Shown here in pieces: positions 1-13,469 of a stretch of DNA of 64,000 bases (the stretch's first letter is position 1; each line of letters starts with the position of its first letter). Both the position numbers and the translations under genes were made by a program. The notes below the pieces were generated by a model. The model made no database searches and was not told the origin of the DNA. It saw nothing but the letters and a program-made list of their open reading frames with translations. Origin of the DNA: Phoronis australis (lineage: Eukaryota; Animalia; Phoronida); the NCBI GenBank assembly GCA_002633005.1, contig NMRA01000154.1:1-64000 (forward strand). Direction: 5' to 3'.

Positions 1-1771
1 TATCGTCGGTGAAGACGAGAAGAAACTTCAGTTAATGGCGTGTTTAATATATGCAGTAGGAAGAGACGGATTTGGTACCCTTACCAGAAGACCAACAAAG
101 GAGCGTCATGTAAGCAGACGCCGGAAGCGAATAGTTGCCACACGAACGGAATTAAGGACCTTGAAGAAATAGCTAATACGGTCAAATATAGAGGAAAAGC
201 AGGGAATCTCTGGCCTACAGAAGATTCAGCATGACAAACTTAGTGCCATGCAAAAGACTGAGAACATCCGTAAGAAAAGGAAAGCAAGGCAAGATCCCGA
301 GCAAGATTTATCCAGAACCCTTATCAGTACTCTTCACATCTGGTAGATGGGTAAAGGGAGAAATAATGAGCAGTACCAAGGAAGAAACCAAGTTAGTTCT
401 CCATCAGACACACTCATACCAAGCAACATTGGCCTCATTAGGTAACCGCGAGCCAATTCAACGCGCAGACCAACCAACACAGGCTGTGGACACCGATGAA
501 CCTACTTGGAGGTTAATAAGTGTCAGATATGACCAGAGAAGCAAAGGCGAAATAAACGAAGGCCAAGCGGAGTTCCTTGTAGGTTTCACAAGGCGTTTCT
601 ATGTTAGCAAGAAGTCTTTGAAAACTTATCAAAGTGATCTGGACGCATTCTACCATGTTGGCGTCCAGCTGAAGATGTTTTATCCCGAAGGAAAAGGCTT
701 CAAAGGTGGTTACATGTCAGCACATTCTCATTATTCAACGTGAAAGGACAGATATGCAGCTCAGTACCGTCGAGACAAATAGTAGATTTCATGGTTGCCA
801 ACAAGGGCATCATATCAGAAGGGCGGAGTACCTGGATTCTCCGGATGAGTGGAGGGGTGGAGTATCTGGATTCTCCGGATGAGTGGAGGGCGGAGTACTT
901 GGATTCTCCAGATGAGTGGAGCATATCAGTGTTGTCACCCGACTAATCACTGAGGCAAAGATCAATCATGGAAACCTCGCAGTGTTGTGGTTCAACCTAG
1001 GTAACGTATGTGGATCCATCCCGAAAAAGCTCATTTTCAAGGCATGAAGTCAATATCGTGTCCCAAAACATCTGTAGAATATGACCAAGAACTACTATTC
1101 CGAATTTCGCATCAAATTTAAAACGCAAAGCTTCACGACGAGTTGGAAGTCACTTCAGAACCGAATTGTGACTGGTAACTAACAGATTTGACATGAAGAT
1201 ACAAAGTTAGATTATAAAGTGCATTGTGGAGAAGCCCATCAAATGCTTACGGAAGTGGGCCAAAGCAAACTCACATGGACAATGTGGAATAGATAACAAT
1301 GAACCTCCGAGACGGTCAAAAGAGAACTGACAAAACTGGTTTTCCGGTGAAGTTCAAGCACTACATTTTCCAACATAGTCTCTTACGAAGACTGACGTGG
1401 CCTCTGATGGTATACAAAGTAACGGTGACAACAGTAAAAAATGGAGAAGAAAGTGAAGAAGCTCTTATGCAGATGGCTTGTAGTCCCGCCCTCCTCCTCC
1501 CCTTGTTTACAAGTGTAGGGCTTTACTGCAGAAGTGCTAAGCTTAGGTCCAACTACCATTTACATCTCAGGTACAGAAATTCGGTGTGACAAAAGTGAGG
1601 TTTATGATGAGCTTAATGGAGTCTGAGGATGACAAAATACGCCTAGTAGTCAACCAAACGAGAGCAATTTGTTCTACATGCAGACAGGGGCTGGGAATGA
1701 GACACGACAGAGTCGGTCAAGTGCAAAACAGGCAAATGGTGCAACAGGCTATTAGAAGGCTATTAGTTTAG
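1..1771 (+). mobile_element. Degenerate HERO/R2-like non-LTR retrotransposon fragment (pre-RT region, RT and post-RT region; many stops, frameshifts and internal deletions)
   Basis: Stitching + frames gives, in order: KLQLMACLIYAVGRDGFG..SRRRKRI..ELRTLKK, EEKQGISGL, RFIQNPYQYS, STKEETKLVLHQTHS..DEPTW, GPSGVP, KLIKVIW, FIPKE, QKGGVPGFSG, HISVVTRLITEAK.NHGNLAVLWFNL, PVKFKHYIFQHSLLRRLTWPLMVY, LCRWL, ESEDDKI. These match the order and wording of HERO-clade ORF motifs as I recall them. The element runs off the left edge of the window. Confidence 0.85.
821..920 (+). repeat. 33-34 bp tandem triplication inside the HERO RT (GGVPGFSGxVE motif)
   Basis: Three copies of gggcggagtacctggattctccggatgagtgga at 821, 854 and 888. 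Confidence 0.95.
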
Positions 1772-2777
1772 GGAACCCAACCATTGAGATGGGGTGCTAG
1801 AGCAACCCGCACGTCCTGTTCAAGCGTCGTTTATTATAAATAAGAGAATGTTTAAGATCCATGAGCTTTGTATTAAGAATGGTTTACGACATATTGCATG
1901 ATAATAACCCATATTCATGTCTGAGTCATGATTGCTTACATTATTTTGAGCGCCATCGATTTTGGTTCGCTGGGCCGTGTGCCACTTAGAAGGTTTCCTC
2001 AGCTTAAGTGACGAATTTCGGGGCACAATTTTATTTTGATGTTTGATTTTGGAGTCCTAAATCACACTGCTCTTTTAAAGTAAACATTCTCTGCACAACA
2101 TCAAATTGGATAAGTACACGTAAAACTCCAAGAGTAGGGTGCGGTTTGACCGTGCAACCTTTTTTAGCCGACAACATTTACGCCGGATTCTCAAACTTAC
2201 ATTTCATTTTGCGACCTGGAATTTTCAGTTTTGGTGACCGCATATTTCGTTTGGCCCCCTTGGATGTTTGGCAGGTCGAAAAATGCGGTGAATTGTACAC
2301 ACTTCTTTGTCTCTGGTTGCATACTTCTTAGGTTCTTTATTGAAGTGTCTGTGCAGCCTGTAAAGTTAAAAGACTGAAAAGTTAAAACGTAATTGAGCAG
2401 GGAAACACTGCAATCAAAGCTACAGTTCTAATACGGCCACCATTGGGTGCAGCTAACAATGGCTTAGCTAGGACTTACATGTAATTGGACTAGGATAACA
2501 TAAAATTGCTGATGGCCACCGACAATATACAGTACAGGTATTTCCAAATCTGTTATCGTTCTACGTATTATTGGTCAAGCAAACTTTTCTTTGGACTCCA
2601 TACGCCTACATGATGGTAGCAAACCGAACATGCAGCGTCGTCTACTCGAATTTCTTTACGTTTGTCGGCTCGTGTCGCCGTGTTTGACACAGCCGATGAA
2701 GGACATCCAACTCCTTGGGAAGAAATGTGTCCTGGCTAAATGTCACGTTTTGAGACCTACAGGTGCTATGTACAGAC

Positions 2778-3340
2778 ATTTTATTTTATTTTCCAGGTAT
2801 TTATTATCATTTATAAACAAGTACAAAAAGCTAACAAACAAATAAGTACATCCATTCATTCACGCATGCACACCTCAAGAGAGACCATTTTCGTATCTCG
2901 TATAAAATAAACAACGTCTACATGGAGTTAACGTGAACAATGAAATTTTCCCATTTCGTAGAGAAGCTGTCAAAAACAAAGTTTTTACATGCATTTAATT
3001 TTTCAGCATTATAGTAATCATAAGTATATGTACCAAACCTGTGAGAATTAAGCATATTTTTGTGACATCTCTCCTTGTGCTGTTTGGCTATTAGAAGCAA
3101 AATGTTAAATAGAAAACTTGCGTCTCACAGAGTCCAGGAATAACACATTCGTAAGAGGGACTGTTGGGAAACTGAATGCGACACTTTTGCATTAGCTTTC
3201 CGAATTCCTTGCAGAAATCTTGTACAAGGCGACATTCCCAAAAAAGGTGTGATAGCGTCTCTGGAGCTTTGTTACAAAAGGAACATAGATTAGAATCCCG
3301 ATCACGAATTTTGACTAAAAAGGTATTTGTTGCATACTTT
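2778..3340 (-). mobile_element. 5'-truncated L1/Tx1-type LINE 3' end (RT zinc-binding domain, C-terminus, 3' UTR)
   Basis: Minus-strand ATNTFLVKI..LCSFCNKAPETLSHLFWEC (CxxC-x7-HLFxxC, zf-RVT), then LLIAK..YYNAEK..FSTKW*; AATAAA and an A-rich tail at ~2780-2810. Confidence 0.8.
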
Positions 3341-3369
3341 TTAGTTGTTAATTTTGTTACTTTTTTCAG

Positions 3370-6300
3370 AGCACGGCCTTTTTGACAATCGGTTCTGCAT
3401 TGCACGACCTTATGCAAATCACCAACTCGGCGACATCTCAGGCATCAGCTGTTCTTCTTCTGTGGTCTCTAGGGCTGCTTCTTGGAACTGTGTCTTCGAA
3501 ATTTCTCTTGGCAATGGACAGCACCCTTCTAATGGCATTGAGTTTGGTCCTATTGGGAATAACTACAGCTGTGATCCCGCTGCCTTCTTCGATATACCTT
3601 ATGATTGTAATAATTACAGTACATGCTTTCGCTGCCGGCATATTGGGCGTCGGTAAGTACATGTAAAATAAAATCGCTTTTAATTAGTTACCGTAGGTGA
3701 TCAGGAGTGGGCGTTAAGTCAAGCATGGTGTTCGGTCGCACGACAGAACCAGATTTCCAGAAGGCAGTGGTAGTTGTGAAGGTCACTACGCATATTCGTG
3801 TGAGTAAAAGGGTGCAAGAAAAAACGGCAGAGTAGGGAGATAGTCAGACTCGTGATGAAATGTGAAGGTGGGCTTGCATAAGGGCTTCAGCTGCGGAGAG
3901 GGGGGCCACGTTAGAAGGACGATGGATAGGAAGAACGGGGTTGCGAATGTAGAGCCTTTGATTTATTGTCGTCGTTAAAATGGCCGTGGATATTAAATTT
4001 TAAAGTGAATGTCTTAATCAATTCCACAGCGAATAATGGTTTAAAAAATGCAAGTTTAGGAACGAGTTTGCGTTTTACACGAAACTTAATTTTTCAATTT
4101 TTCGTGCATATAGCGTGATATTTCAGTAGTGTGATACTAAATTGTAGTTAGTTTTATTATACATGAGTGATGATACAACAGCGCAATAATTCTGATATCC
4201 AACGGTAATTAAAGAAGCATGCCACCAAAAAACAACGTATTTTGTGTCAATATAGATCGTGTAGTTCACTTGATAACAGCAAGTTCAGTTCTTTTACCTG
4301 ACACGAGACGGCAGACGGAGGTGCCGAAATTAACCACAGGTGTTACTGGTTCTAACACAGCATGTTCAACAGTTCACAACACGCTTAGTACTGTCAGCTT
4401 ATTTCTTGACTTCATGGCTTTACACACCAATAAATCATCAGAATTGTATGCAAAACTCTTACAAAAATATTAAGTTTTAAACAAACGAGCTGTTTTATTT
4501 CGTTGTTACGCAAATTTTGAACGTACCGTAGTCTTCAAAGTTCGTAGACCAACTTTCCGAGGTCAGTCGCGGGAAGTTTGGATCTGTTCGATAACAAATT
4601 GGAATTATTCTTCCGTGAAATACAGATTTTGCTCAGTTCTAAACACACAAAACGCTTGTTGTAACTCAGTGGCTCGGAACTCGATTATCCTGTAGCCTGG
4701 GACCGGACTGTAGACATCACAAACATAAACCAACCGAGTTTGTCCGCTGCCAAAAGTTGAAAATTGTCTCGAAAAGACTACATGTGGATAAGTGAACCAA
4801 ATAAATAATGTTCACGTGAATATTTTGGTAAATATGCCGCAAACGTGCAAATGTACTTTCCTGTCGGCTGCCGCGAAACCAGGTTCCCTTTCCGCAGAAA
4901 AATACTGGGCAGAAGGTGTACAGTACAATAACAATGATTCGATTGATAGATTGATGTATTCTAAAAAAAGATTCCCTTAACGTCTAACCATACCATATAA
5001 AAACGTCTTACCATACCATATGAAATCGAGTTATTGTTTTACAACAGCTTTCTAAATTATCATACGATCACACGGCCTCGGGGGCCCGGCCCATTAGTCA
5101 GAAACGCAGTATGATTTATTCATTGTTGGTTTCCCAAAACATTTGAAGACACGAACACTCCAAAGGCATTACAAATTGTCTACTGAGACAGTCTTTCTAG
5201 CCACTTTGTTTCAGTTTTATTAAACATTGGTTGGGGTGAGAGTCACTTATTTTGAAACAGAACAATGTCGGCCACAGACACGGAGATATTTCACGGCCTC
5301 ATACTTGGTATTAACGGCGTGCTATTTATTCTCTACTGCCGCGAACCACTTCCGAAGCATTTCAGATTCTCAAGAAAATCGAAAAAAGAACGGTATACTC
5401 GCCTTCCAAGTAGATTCATTGTTTGCACGAGCGGGAACAATACGCAACACCATAGAGGCACACACTCATCTGAAGAACCACTGACGTTGGTCCGTCGTGT
5501 ACTCACCTTCCTCACAGGTTAATGCGACACCTCTCGGCGAGATGATGTGGATATAATAGACCGATTAAGACGGTAAAATAGAAATACATCTTATGACATT
5601 CTCCTTTAAAAGATTAATCCTCCAATAAAAGATGAATAAGAATTGCAATTAAAAATTTACTATGAGGATATTGAAATATACAGTTTCCAACGTAACGTGA
5701 TCTTCACCATTTTTGGTTATGCTACGTTTACAGATTCTTTCAGGAAATTCACAACTGTCTCTAGACCAATTCTGGGCTGCTGAGAGCAATTTAACATATG
5801 ACCATGGACATCTTGCGTTGTCACCTCGCTGTTCTTTCAAGGTTTTACATTGTGTAGATGTCGCCTTGCTTTATGAGTAATAAGTAGCGATTGGGTGATG
5901 GTGTTGTAGAAACAAGTGTTCATTATTTCTCACCGTCACATTTTTCCGAATTACACTTACATTGGAATATTGAATGGTTTTGAGGAAAGCAGACTATCCA
6001 ACTCCTTGCTGTGGTATGTTGGTTATCTTATTCGTTTCATTAAAAATGTTGACTGGGATATATTACTCCATTTATTTTGGGGGAAATCTTAGACTTTTTA
6101 CCCTCGAAACTATGAATATTCCTGGGTTCGATTTAAAGATATCTGAAACCTTATTCACAAAAATTGGCCACTTTTACAATATTTTACATATGTGTAGCAA
6201 AATACATTATCTTCATTCTCGGGGATCTTCAAATACGAAATTAATACCGTGTAGCAAGAAAACAGATTGAGCAGAACCACCTTGGAACCGCAAAACTGCG

Positions 6301-7682
6301 TGGAATTCACATGCAAGTTGTACTGAGCACAAATTGAGATTAATTTGTAAGTGATGTCTATCAAAATGTTTAGATGTTTGAAAATGCTAACGTATAGCGG
6401 AATTGCACCAGATATCAGTTTTATCATGCCGTCGGTAAAGACGTGGTATTGGTTGCAAAATGCGACGATGACGACATTAGGTGTGTTTGCTATGAATGAA
6501 TTCGAAGTAGTTGGTAGTGATTGTTACGATAATTATTGACACTTGGTGGGTCAGTCTACTACATCACGTGAGATCTCGAGTACGCAAACAACACCCTCAC
6601 TAGACACAAGAAAATGTATGTCCTGATTTTTAGTACTCTTATCTTTTTCAGGATTTTTAGTTATTTTAGTGGAGGTCGGTGAAAGGCATCGAACACAACT
6701 AATACAAGCAGACTACGCCTTCAGATTTTTTGGACCCCTAGTTGGCGCATTGACTGTACAGCCATTCCAGTCAAAAGAAATTGGCGCAGCCTGGCAGTCG
6801 TGGAATGAGACGTCTATGTCTTATCTTCCGAATGATAACGTGACTTTGCTATGTACGCTCAACTGTAGTCTGTCAGACTCACGTCACTGGACTGAGTCTC
6901 ATATTCTTTACGGATACATAATACTGGGCGGTGCGTGTTTTGTACCAGCTCTCTGTTTTTTCACTATATATTTCATGAAACCACCTAAAGATGAGGACAT
7001 TGCCGCAGGACCATCAAAAGCGGAAGAGTCAAGATCATCGAAACAAGTATTTCGTAGTCAAACTGTTATCGCAATGACTGTTTTGATGTTTTTGGCATGC
7101 TTATGTTTCAATGCATCTCAGAAAGCGTACTTGGATCTTTTCACTACGTTTTGCGTCGAGTCCAAGGCAGACGTCACCAAGTCAGAAGCAGTCCTCATGA
7201 TGTCAGTCTGCTATGGCGCGTATACTTTTGGATGTATCAACGCTATTTGGATTTCTAAATTGATCGATTCATTTGCAATGATGCTTGTCAACATAACCAC
7301 CCTAGCAGTTGTATTTCTGGTGCTGTGTTTTGCCGCCGAACGAAGCACGTTTCTCCTTTGGTTTTCATCCTTGTGTATTGGTCTTTGTTGTTGCTCCGTG
7401 CCTGCGTCTTCAATCAGTTTTTCTCTAGCATATATAGCGGATGACTCAGTCTTGGTGAACATTTGTGTAGCAGGTCACATAGCGGGAGCCATGGTGCTGC
7501 CACCTATAATACCGCTCACGTTTGATACAATCGGACCTGTGGCACTGATGTACTTTTGTTTTGGCGGCATGTTTATTGCGCTGTTGCTCTTAATCCCGCT
7601 GTATCATTTGACGAAATATTCAGCACAGGACAGGGAAACAATGGACGACGAAAGGATCTCAATCTTGGATAGGAATAACTAG
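3370..7682 (+). CDS. MFS transporter, MFSD4/sodium-dependent glucose transporter 1-like (5' exon not identified)
   Basis: Exon 3370-3652 (ttttcag|STAFLTIGSALHDLMQITNS..GILGV G|gtaagt) splices in phase 1 to exon 6652-7682 (ttttcag|G FLVILVEVG..FFGPLVGALTVQPF..). About 11 hydrophobic segments with MFSD4-like motifs (G.ALHDL, YGYIILG, TFCVES). Confidence 0.85.
5265..5522 (+). CDS. Candidate 85-aa single-pass membrane microprotein nested in the MFS intron
   Basis: acaATG start; hydrophobic IFHGLILGINGVLFILYC followed by basic RFSRKSKKER; AATAAA at ~5624. No recognised homology. Confidence 0.35.
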   Translation: MSATDTEIFHGLILGINGVLFILYCREPLPKHFRFSRKSKKERYTRLPSRFIVCTSGNNTQHHRGTHSSEEPLTLVRRVLTFLTG

Positions 7683-8508
7683 ATAGGAGTTAAGCAACGG
7701 GTTAAGTTTTGGTGTGTGTTTGTGTGTCCACAGACGTGAATATATGAGGTTAAGAATACAACATCTTGTACAGAATTTCAATCTGTTGAATTTAAGAACT
7801 TGATAAGTTTAAATTTTCTCTGTTAAGATTAATAACGTGAAATTGGAATTTTGCTCGCCTTTTAATAGCCCTTACAGTAACGGGATTCCGTTTCCTTTCC
7901 CAACTGTGCTGTCAGAGAATCCCTACATTTGTACATGTACATGGTACCATATTTGAAATGGAAAATTCAGGGTTAGCTTAACATGGCCTCATTTTCGGTC
8001 TTAACTTAGACAATTTTGTGATTTTTAAGTCTCAAGTAATTTTTTATGAAACGGTTTCCAGGTTTGGCAAGGGTTTAGTTCATTTTCAAAAATCTTGTTC
8101 ATGGACAACTTAACATTTGTTTCTCAGAAAAACAAGCCATAAAATAAGAACACCCTATTGTCGCTCAAAGATCTATGTTACCGGAGGATGGTATATTGTC
8201 GGTGTTTCGGATAGCTGTGCTTTTCGTTAGTGATGTTCGCTGAACTACAAACCTCGCAGAAGAGTAGTTACCGAATGCAATTTACTGTGAAATCAAAATG
8301 ATTTGCGACAGGAATCAAAGAAAGGGCGTAGAGTAAAAGGGAGTCGGGACAACTTCGGCTGCTTAATATAGACAATGACACAGCTTTAAAAACAACTCTG
8401 TTGAGAACAAAAATGTACTACAAATATGTATAAAATAGCTTTATTATTCCTTGGTTGTGTACGTGTATATAGAATACGCTATAAAGAAAACAGTGCTGAG
8501 TGGTGTAC

Positions 8509-11140
8509 TTAAAAGAACCACCCGGCCTCTTGCGGTGGAGGAGGTGCCGGTCCGCTAGGTGGCACTACCAATGCACTTAAAGCTTCCCCATAGAGTTGGT
8601 AAAAGTTGAAACCGAAGAGCATCACATTGACGATAGAAGTAGCACCAAGGGTTCCAGCTTTCAATCCCTGGTAGGCGTTAGCCATGGCGAAGTAGTGGAT
8701 GAATCTAAAAACAATCAACTTCGGAGAAGATTGTGGTATTTTGCAGAAGATTGTGGTATTTTGCAGGCATGTAACTATGTTGTATCTCTACCGGACATAA
8801 AATGAACTAATGGGAAAATAGTATGAGTGTGCCCCCTCTGAAGTCCATTGTCAAAAATAAAGATACGCCCTCTTTTCGCTTTGTGTCATCAAAGCATATG
8901 CTAATTAGTCCTACCAAATTGGATACTGAAAATGCCTTCATTGTTTGAGTTTGACTTGATTCGATTAAACTACCACACACAACAGATGCCTGTAATCAAC
9001 GAAACATGCAAACGACTAATTAAGATAAACATTGCTACACGAGAGATATAAAATAATGTTTTACTGGCTCCAGCACGTGAAAAACTTATTTACGTGGTAA
9101 TCCCTTACAAGTTAATGTACCAAATAAAACGACGTGAACATGGACTAAAACCAACAAAACAGCCATGATGATACAATATTTAACACTGGGGAAAAGGTCA
9201 AAATTGTTAAACCTCCATTTCGCATTGCTTAGCTAGTTAAACAACGACTTTTAACTCTAATGAAATTGGTTTCATAATGTTTGTTACTGTGCTATGGGTC
9301 CATTTCCTAAACCAACTCAAGTCAAGGAAATTCGTGCGTGCACCATTTTCGAATTTGCAATTATAAGTTTGGCTAACCTGGTAAATCTGAAGCGTTGTTT
9401 GAATCGCTTACTGTTTCGGTGTTCCTGTTGCTAGCGTACATGCAGTCCTATCACAGTAACGAATACTTTATGACCGGTCGTTTAAGAAAACGTCTAAATC
9501 AAATTTTGTTTCCTTTCGTCCAGCTAAATAGGACAAAATGCAGAGTTAAATAAGAAAAAGAGTAAACCATCGGTTTCAACAATCACCTGGTATTCAATTG
9601 AATTGAAGGGGTAAAATTTCTGTAGGGATTGTCACCTTTCTTGAGATGGACGTTTTCCTTGCCGGCAAATAAACGTAACTTTTATAATGGCCATGAATAT
9701 TTAGGACGGATTATCTAAAGCTAAGAGGTCTCTTTCGGAGAGCTGTCGAAGGAAACATAACTTCAGTACATTTTGTTTCTGCGGACTTCCTTGGAGGTTC
9801 AACCAAAGCACGTGTTTACACGTTCTCACCTAAACAGCACGGTTGTGATCAAGACAGGTGGAATGATGCTGAGTTGCCCATAGGTGGCGTAGGTCGCCAG
9901 CACGGCTATATTGCCTAGCAGTTGGATGGTGCCGTCCAGTAATGATATAAGCCATGCGTCCATGACGACACAAATGTGGAAACTACGCACTATGGATGCT
10001 GTAAAAGAGTGTCAAAGTCATATTTTAATTGCCTCCAGTGTTTGACACTCTACCCTAAATAGATGAAGTTCGCTGTGTAGTTAACATATTGAAGCGAATA
10101 CCCTGATAAGCGCGAAAGAATCAGTGTGGTCTTTTTATTAATTGGACTGTCCTCAAAACTTCAAATTCGTCATAATTGTTTTAAAAGAAACACAACAACA
10201 GGAATCGAAACAGCAACAACGGCAGCGACGACGACAACAACAACGAACGTTCCACATCAGGTAGTCCAACAACTTACCAAATACGAATGGCGCCAAGGTT
10301 ACGAGACTCCACTGAATGGCATAGTTCATCCTCGCCTTCGCGTCTAGTTCCGCTGGCGGAGGCTTGAAAACCTCAAGTTTACCTCCTTAAAATCGTACCA
10401 CAGTAATTAAAGTGGAATGCACCATGTTACAGTAATAGCTCAAATGAGTATCTTTCGTGGTTCTGTTTAACGTTAAGCTAGATGCTAGTAAGTTATGAAC
10501 CTATTTTTTCGTTGACGTTACGAAGACGACTTTCTGTCTGGAATTTTTTAAAATGTATTTTGGTTAAATTTTCTCGTTTCATGTCCCTGAAGGTAGAACC
10601 TTGTGAAAACAAATTGGAAGCCTCCGAAGTACAATCCTTTTTTTTGCCTGTCAAACGCGAAGTCCATGATCTTGTCGCACGAGTATGTCACGCGAAATTA
10701 CGTTCCCCAACGAAGAAACTTGCTTGCAACAGGGAACAAACTTTCAACTTATCAGTGTCAAAATCGAAACATTTTGCAAGAACTGTGAGAGAATTGACCT
10801 TGACATTAAATTGGTGAACAATAACATCCTTTTGCATGCCGACCTACGCACGCATCTTGGAGAGTGAGGTGCAGAGAAATGCAAATATGCCCTTACTGTA
10901 GGTGGTCTTCTGCTACATAGCTACAGCTAACAGCAAATGAATTTTACAATTCAATCTAGGACAACACTTACGGAAGTTGTTCCACAAGAGCAAAGCGAAG
11001 TTGAAGAATATCACGGTTCCCATAGCGACAGGTAGAATGCAGTCAAGTCCGAAGCGCCGCTCCACTATCTTTCGCGACCCTCTCACGTTGTCCCTCCCAG
11101 GAGTTCGCGTTGACGCCGACACGTCACCTCTGTCGGTCAT
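8509..11140 (-). CDS. TMEM79: TMEM79 (mattrin)-like, MAPEG-related membrane protein, 213 aa, 4 exons
   Basis: Exons 11140-10972, 10385-10278, 9998-9830 and 8704-8509 join with matching phases (1,1,2) into 642 nt. Motifs RMNYAIQW, NIAVLATY, LSIIP, FRFIHY and FNFYQLY parallel vertebrate TMEM79 (RLVYTL, NLAVLSTY, LKLLP, SRLIYW, WNLYYMF). Minus-strand AATAAA at ~8440. Confidence 0.85.
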
Positions 11141-11561
11141 GTTTTTATTGCGGGATTTCATAAAGTTAACTTCAACAATTAGAAACAACATCGAGTTAGG
11201 TTTATCGTCATTCAATGTTTCTAGCAGGCTGGGCACTTACCAGAAATAGGAAATATCGTGAAGACTTTTGAGAAATTGCTCATACTGTAATTGAAACACC
11301 GGCTTCCTATGGTATTAAACTTTTCAAAATTTAATTAATACACGACGACTGGTTGGGATTGGTTGATTGGTTCGCAGAGCGACCTACAGATTGGTTGGAT
11401 AACTAGTTGAATTCTTAATTGAATGAATATTGCGACGAATCGTTTTACTTGAAATCGAACTGGAAGTGACTTTTGACATTTGCTATTCTACTTTTGTTGG
11501 AATTCAAGCTATACTCGAATACACAGAGGCTTGCACGATTAACTGTATAATCTTAGATTGC

Positions 11562-11682
11562 ACTTTATGACCCCCAGCACTACCGTTAAACCTTCCAGTT
11601 CTGACCTCAACATTTCAAGAGTATACTCTAAATCTCAAGGTTTTTACTGGAATTTGTACTGAGAATCTAGGGGTCATAAAGT
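11562..11682. mobile_element. Small MITE-like element
   Basis: Terminal inverted repeats actttatgacccc / ggggtcataaagt; a related end motif recurs at ~30600-31040. Confidence 0.55.
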
Positions 11683-13469
11683 AGGAACATGGATTAGGGA
11701 CTAGCATGCATAAGCCGTAGTGTACTTAAGCAGCCAAACGGACACTTACAGTGCATTTTGAGTCATGTCATGTTTTCGAGTTAGATTTCGAGAACAAAGA
11801 TATATCCCTGGCTGTGTTTGATAGTTAACTCTGCGCGTAGTAACAAAATTTTACTTGCCTGGTTTGAATTTCGTTTAATTTTATGGCGAGAGTAGTTAGC
11901 TGTGCTTCTGGTGTGTCAAACGTCATTTGTAAGAAACGCGATCAGTGAGACTTTTGCAAAAATTACAATGGCCTCACAACAACGTAGAAGTTACGTCACC
12001 CGCATTGTCTAGTCTGTAACAAATTTTTCATCTAATGTTAAAGACGGACAGCCGGTGGGAAGGGCGGACATTTGGATGGGAGAGATGGGCTGAAAAAGCT
12101 GCGAGCTTCGAACGAGAAATGTGAAGGACGGGAATTGAAAGTTGCGCCATTGCCTTGAGTTGTAGGAAGGCCATTAAATGTTGCAGTGGATATCAGTTTT
12201 TGATCAATGCGTTATTAGCATTACCACTGTAACGCGTCAAATGATGGTCGAATTTTTTAGAGTCAGTCAAAATGCTTTAACAGGAAATTTGGTATTCTAG
12301 TTTTTCGTGAGAGCATTCAAACTATAGTGCCGTGATGGCAAAATAAATGTAAAGTTTATCGTTTCATACGCGTCACGGCATCGCAAATTGACAAGAGTGT
12401 AATTCTTTTCCTTTACAGCCCCGCTCATTCAATATTCATGTCCGTCTTTCACGTTTTTGGGACAGTATTGTCCAAAAAGGTCCGTCCTTTCGATTATGAA
12501 TCCTTCTTTTCAGCATTTGATCCCCGCACTTCCCATCGGTACTCTTTGCTTCAGACGGGGAAGACTGGATTTGCTGTGTTTGCTACACTTCACGACGCAT
12601 CGCTTATAAGAAAAGCGTAACAAAAAATCACAATTTCCTGACACAACAACGCACCCATACAAATTCGTTATCAAACTGCGGACCTTTCATTGCATCACCG
12701 TTGGCCCAGAGAACAACCGCAGAATTTATTAATGGCAAATCCCTTTAAACAGCCTTTCCAAAGTTTGGCTGCTTCCTTCGTTTCCATTGTATATGGGCTC
12801 TCAATTACAGCGTAAATAAGTTGGAATTGGGTCTAAAATGCAGGACTTCATTACCACGGTTCTTGATTTCATGCACGGATTGCCTTCATGCCACGTAAAG
12901 GAGGTGCCCGACAAACATGAACAGTAAATACACGTGGACCATCGACGTACTCGTTGTTACATACGTTGTCGTTCGGAAAAAACAAAGGATTCCACTTCAA
13001 AACACGGACCAAAATAATTGTTTTCATAGACGGCGCTGCATGTGGCTTTAACGTTGTTACCTGCAAACGATTCATGAAATAAAGCAAAATGACACGTTTT
13101 GTTTTCTATAGTTATACTGTGCTAGTTGGAATGGACCTCATACATGTACTATTGGCTTAATACACCGCTTCATTTTAATTCCAGTGCATGTGGAACTTGT
13201 AACTTTGGCGCGCACCTAGGTGGCGCGCAATACAAATAAATTATTTTCGTTTTCATTAGTATCATCATTATCGTCTTTTTTACTAAAATTCTTATTAGCG
13301 TTGTTGCTGTTTTTGTTGCTAATATAAAATCACTGTATCAATGAAATTAACTTAATAGTGAACTAGTTCACGGGAATAAATGCAAGATTTGCAACGTACA
13401 AGATTAAAAGAAGTTTTATATGGGCTAACTGCGAAGCGATACTGAAGCTATGAGGATGAGATAAAACGT

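Noticed and set aside
2146-2845. Short ORFs as the first exon of MFS gene 1
   Set aside because: None gives a TM1-like segment ending in a phase-0 donor compatible with exon 3370.
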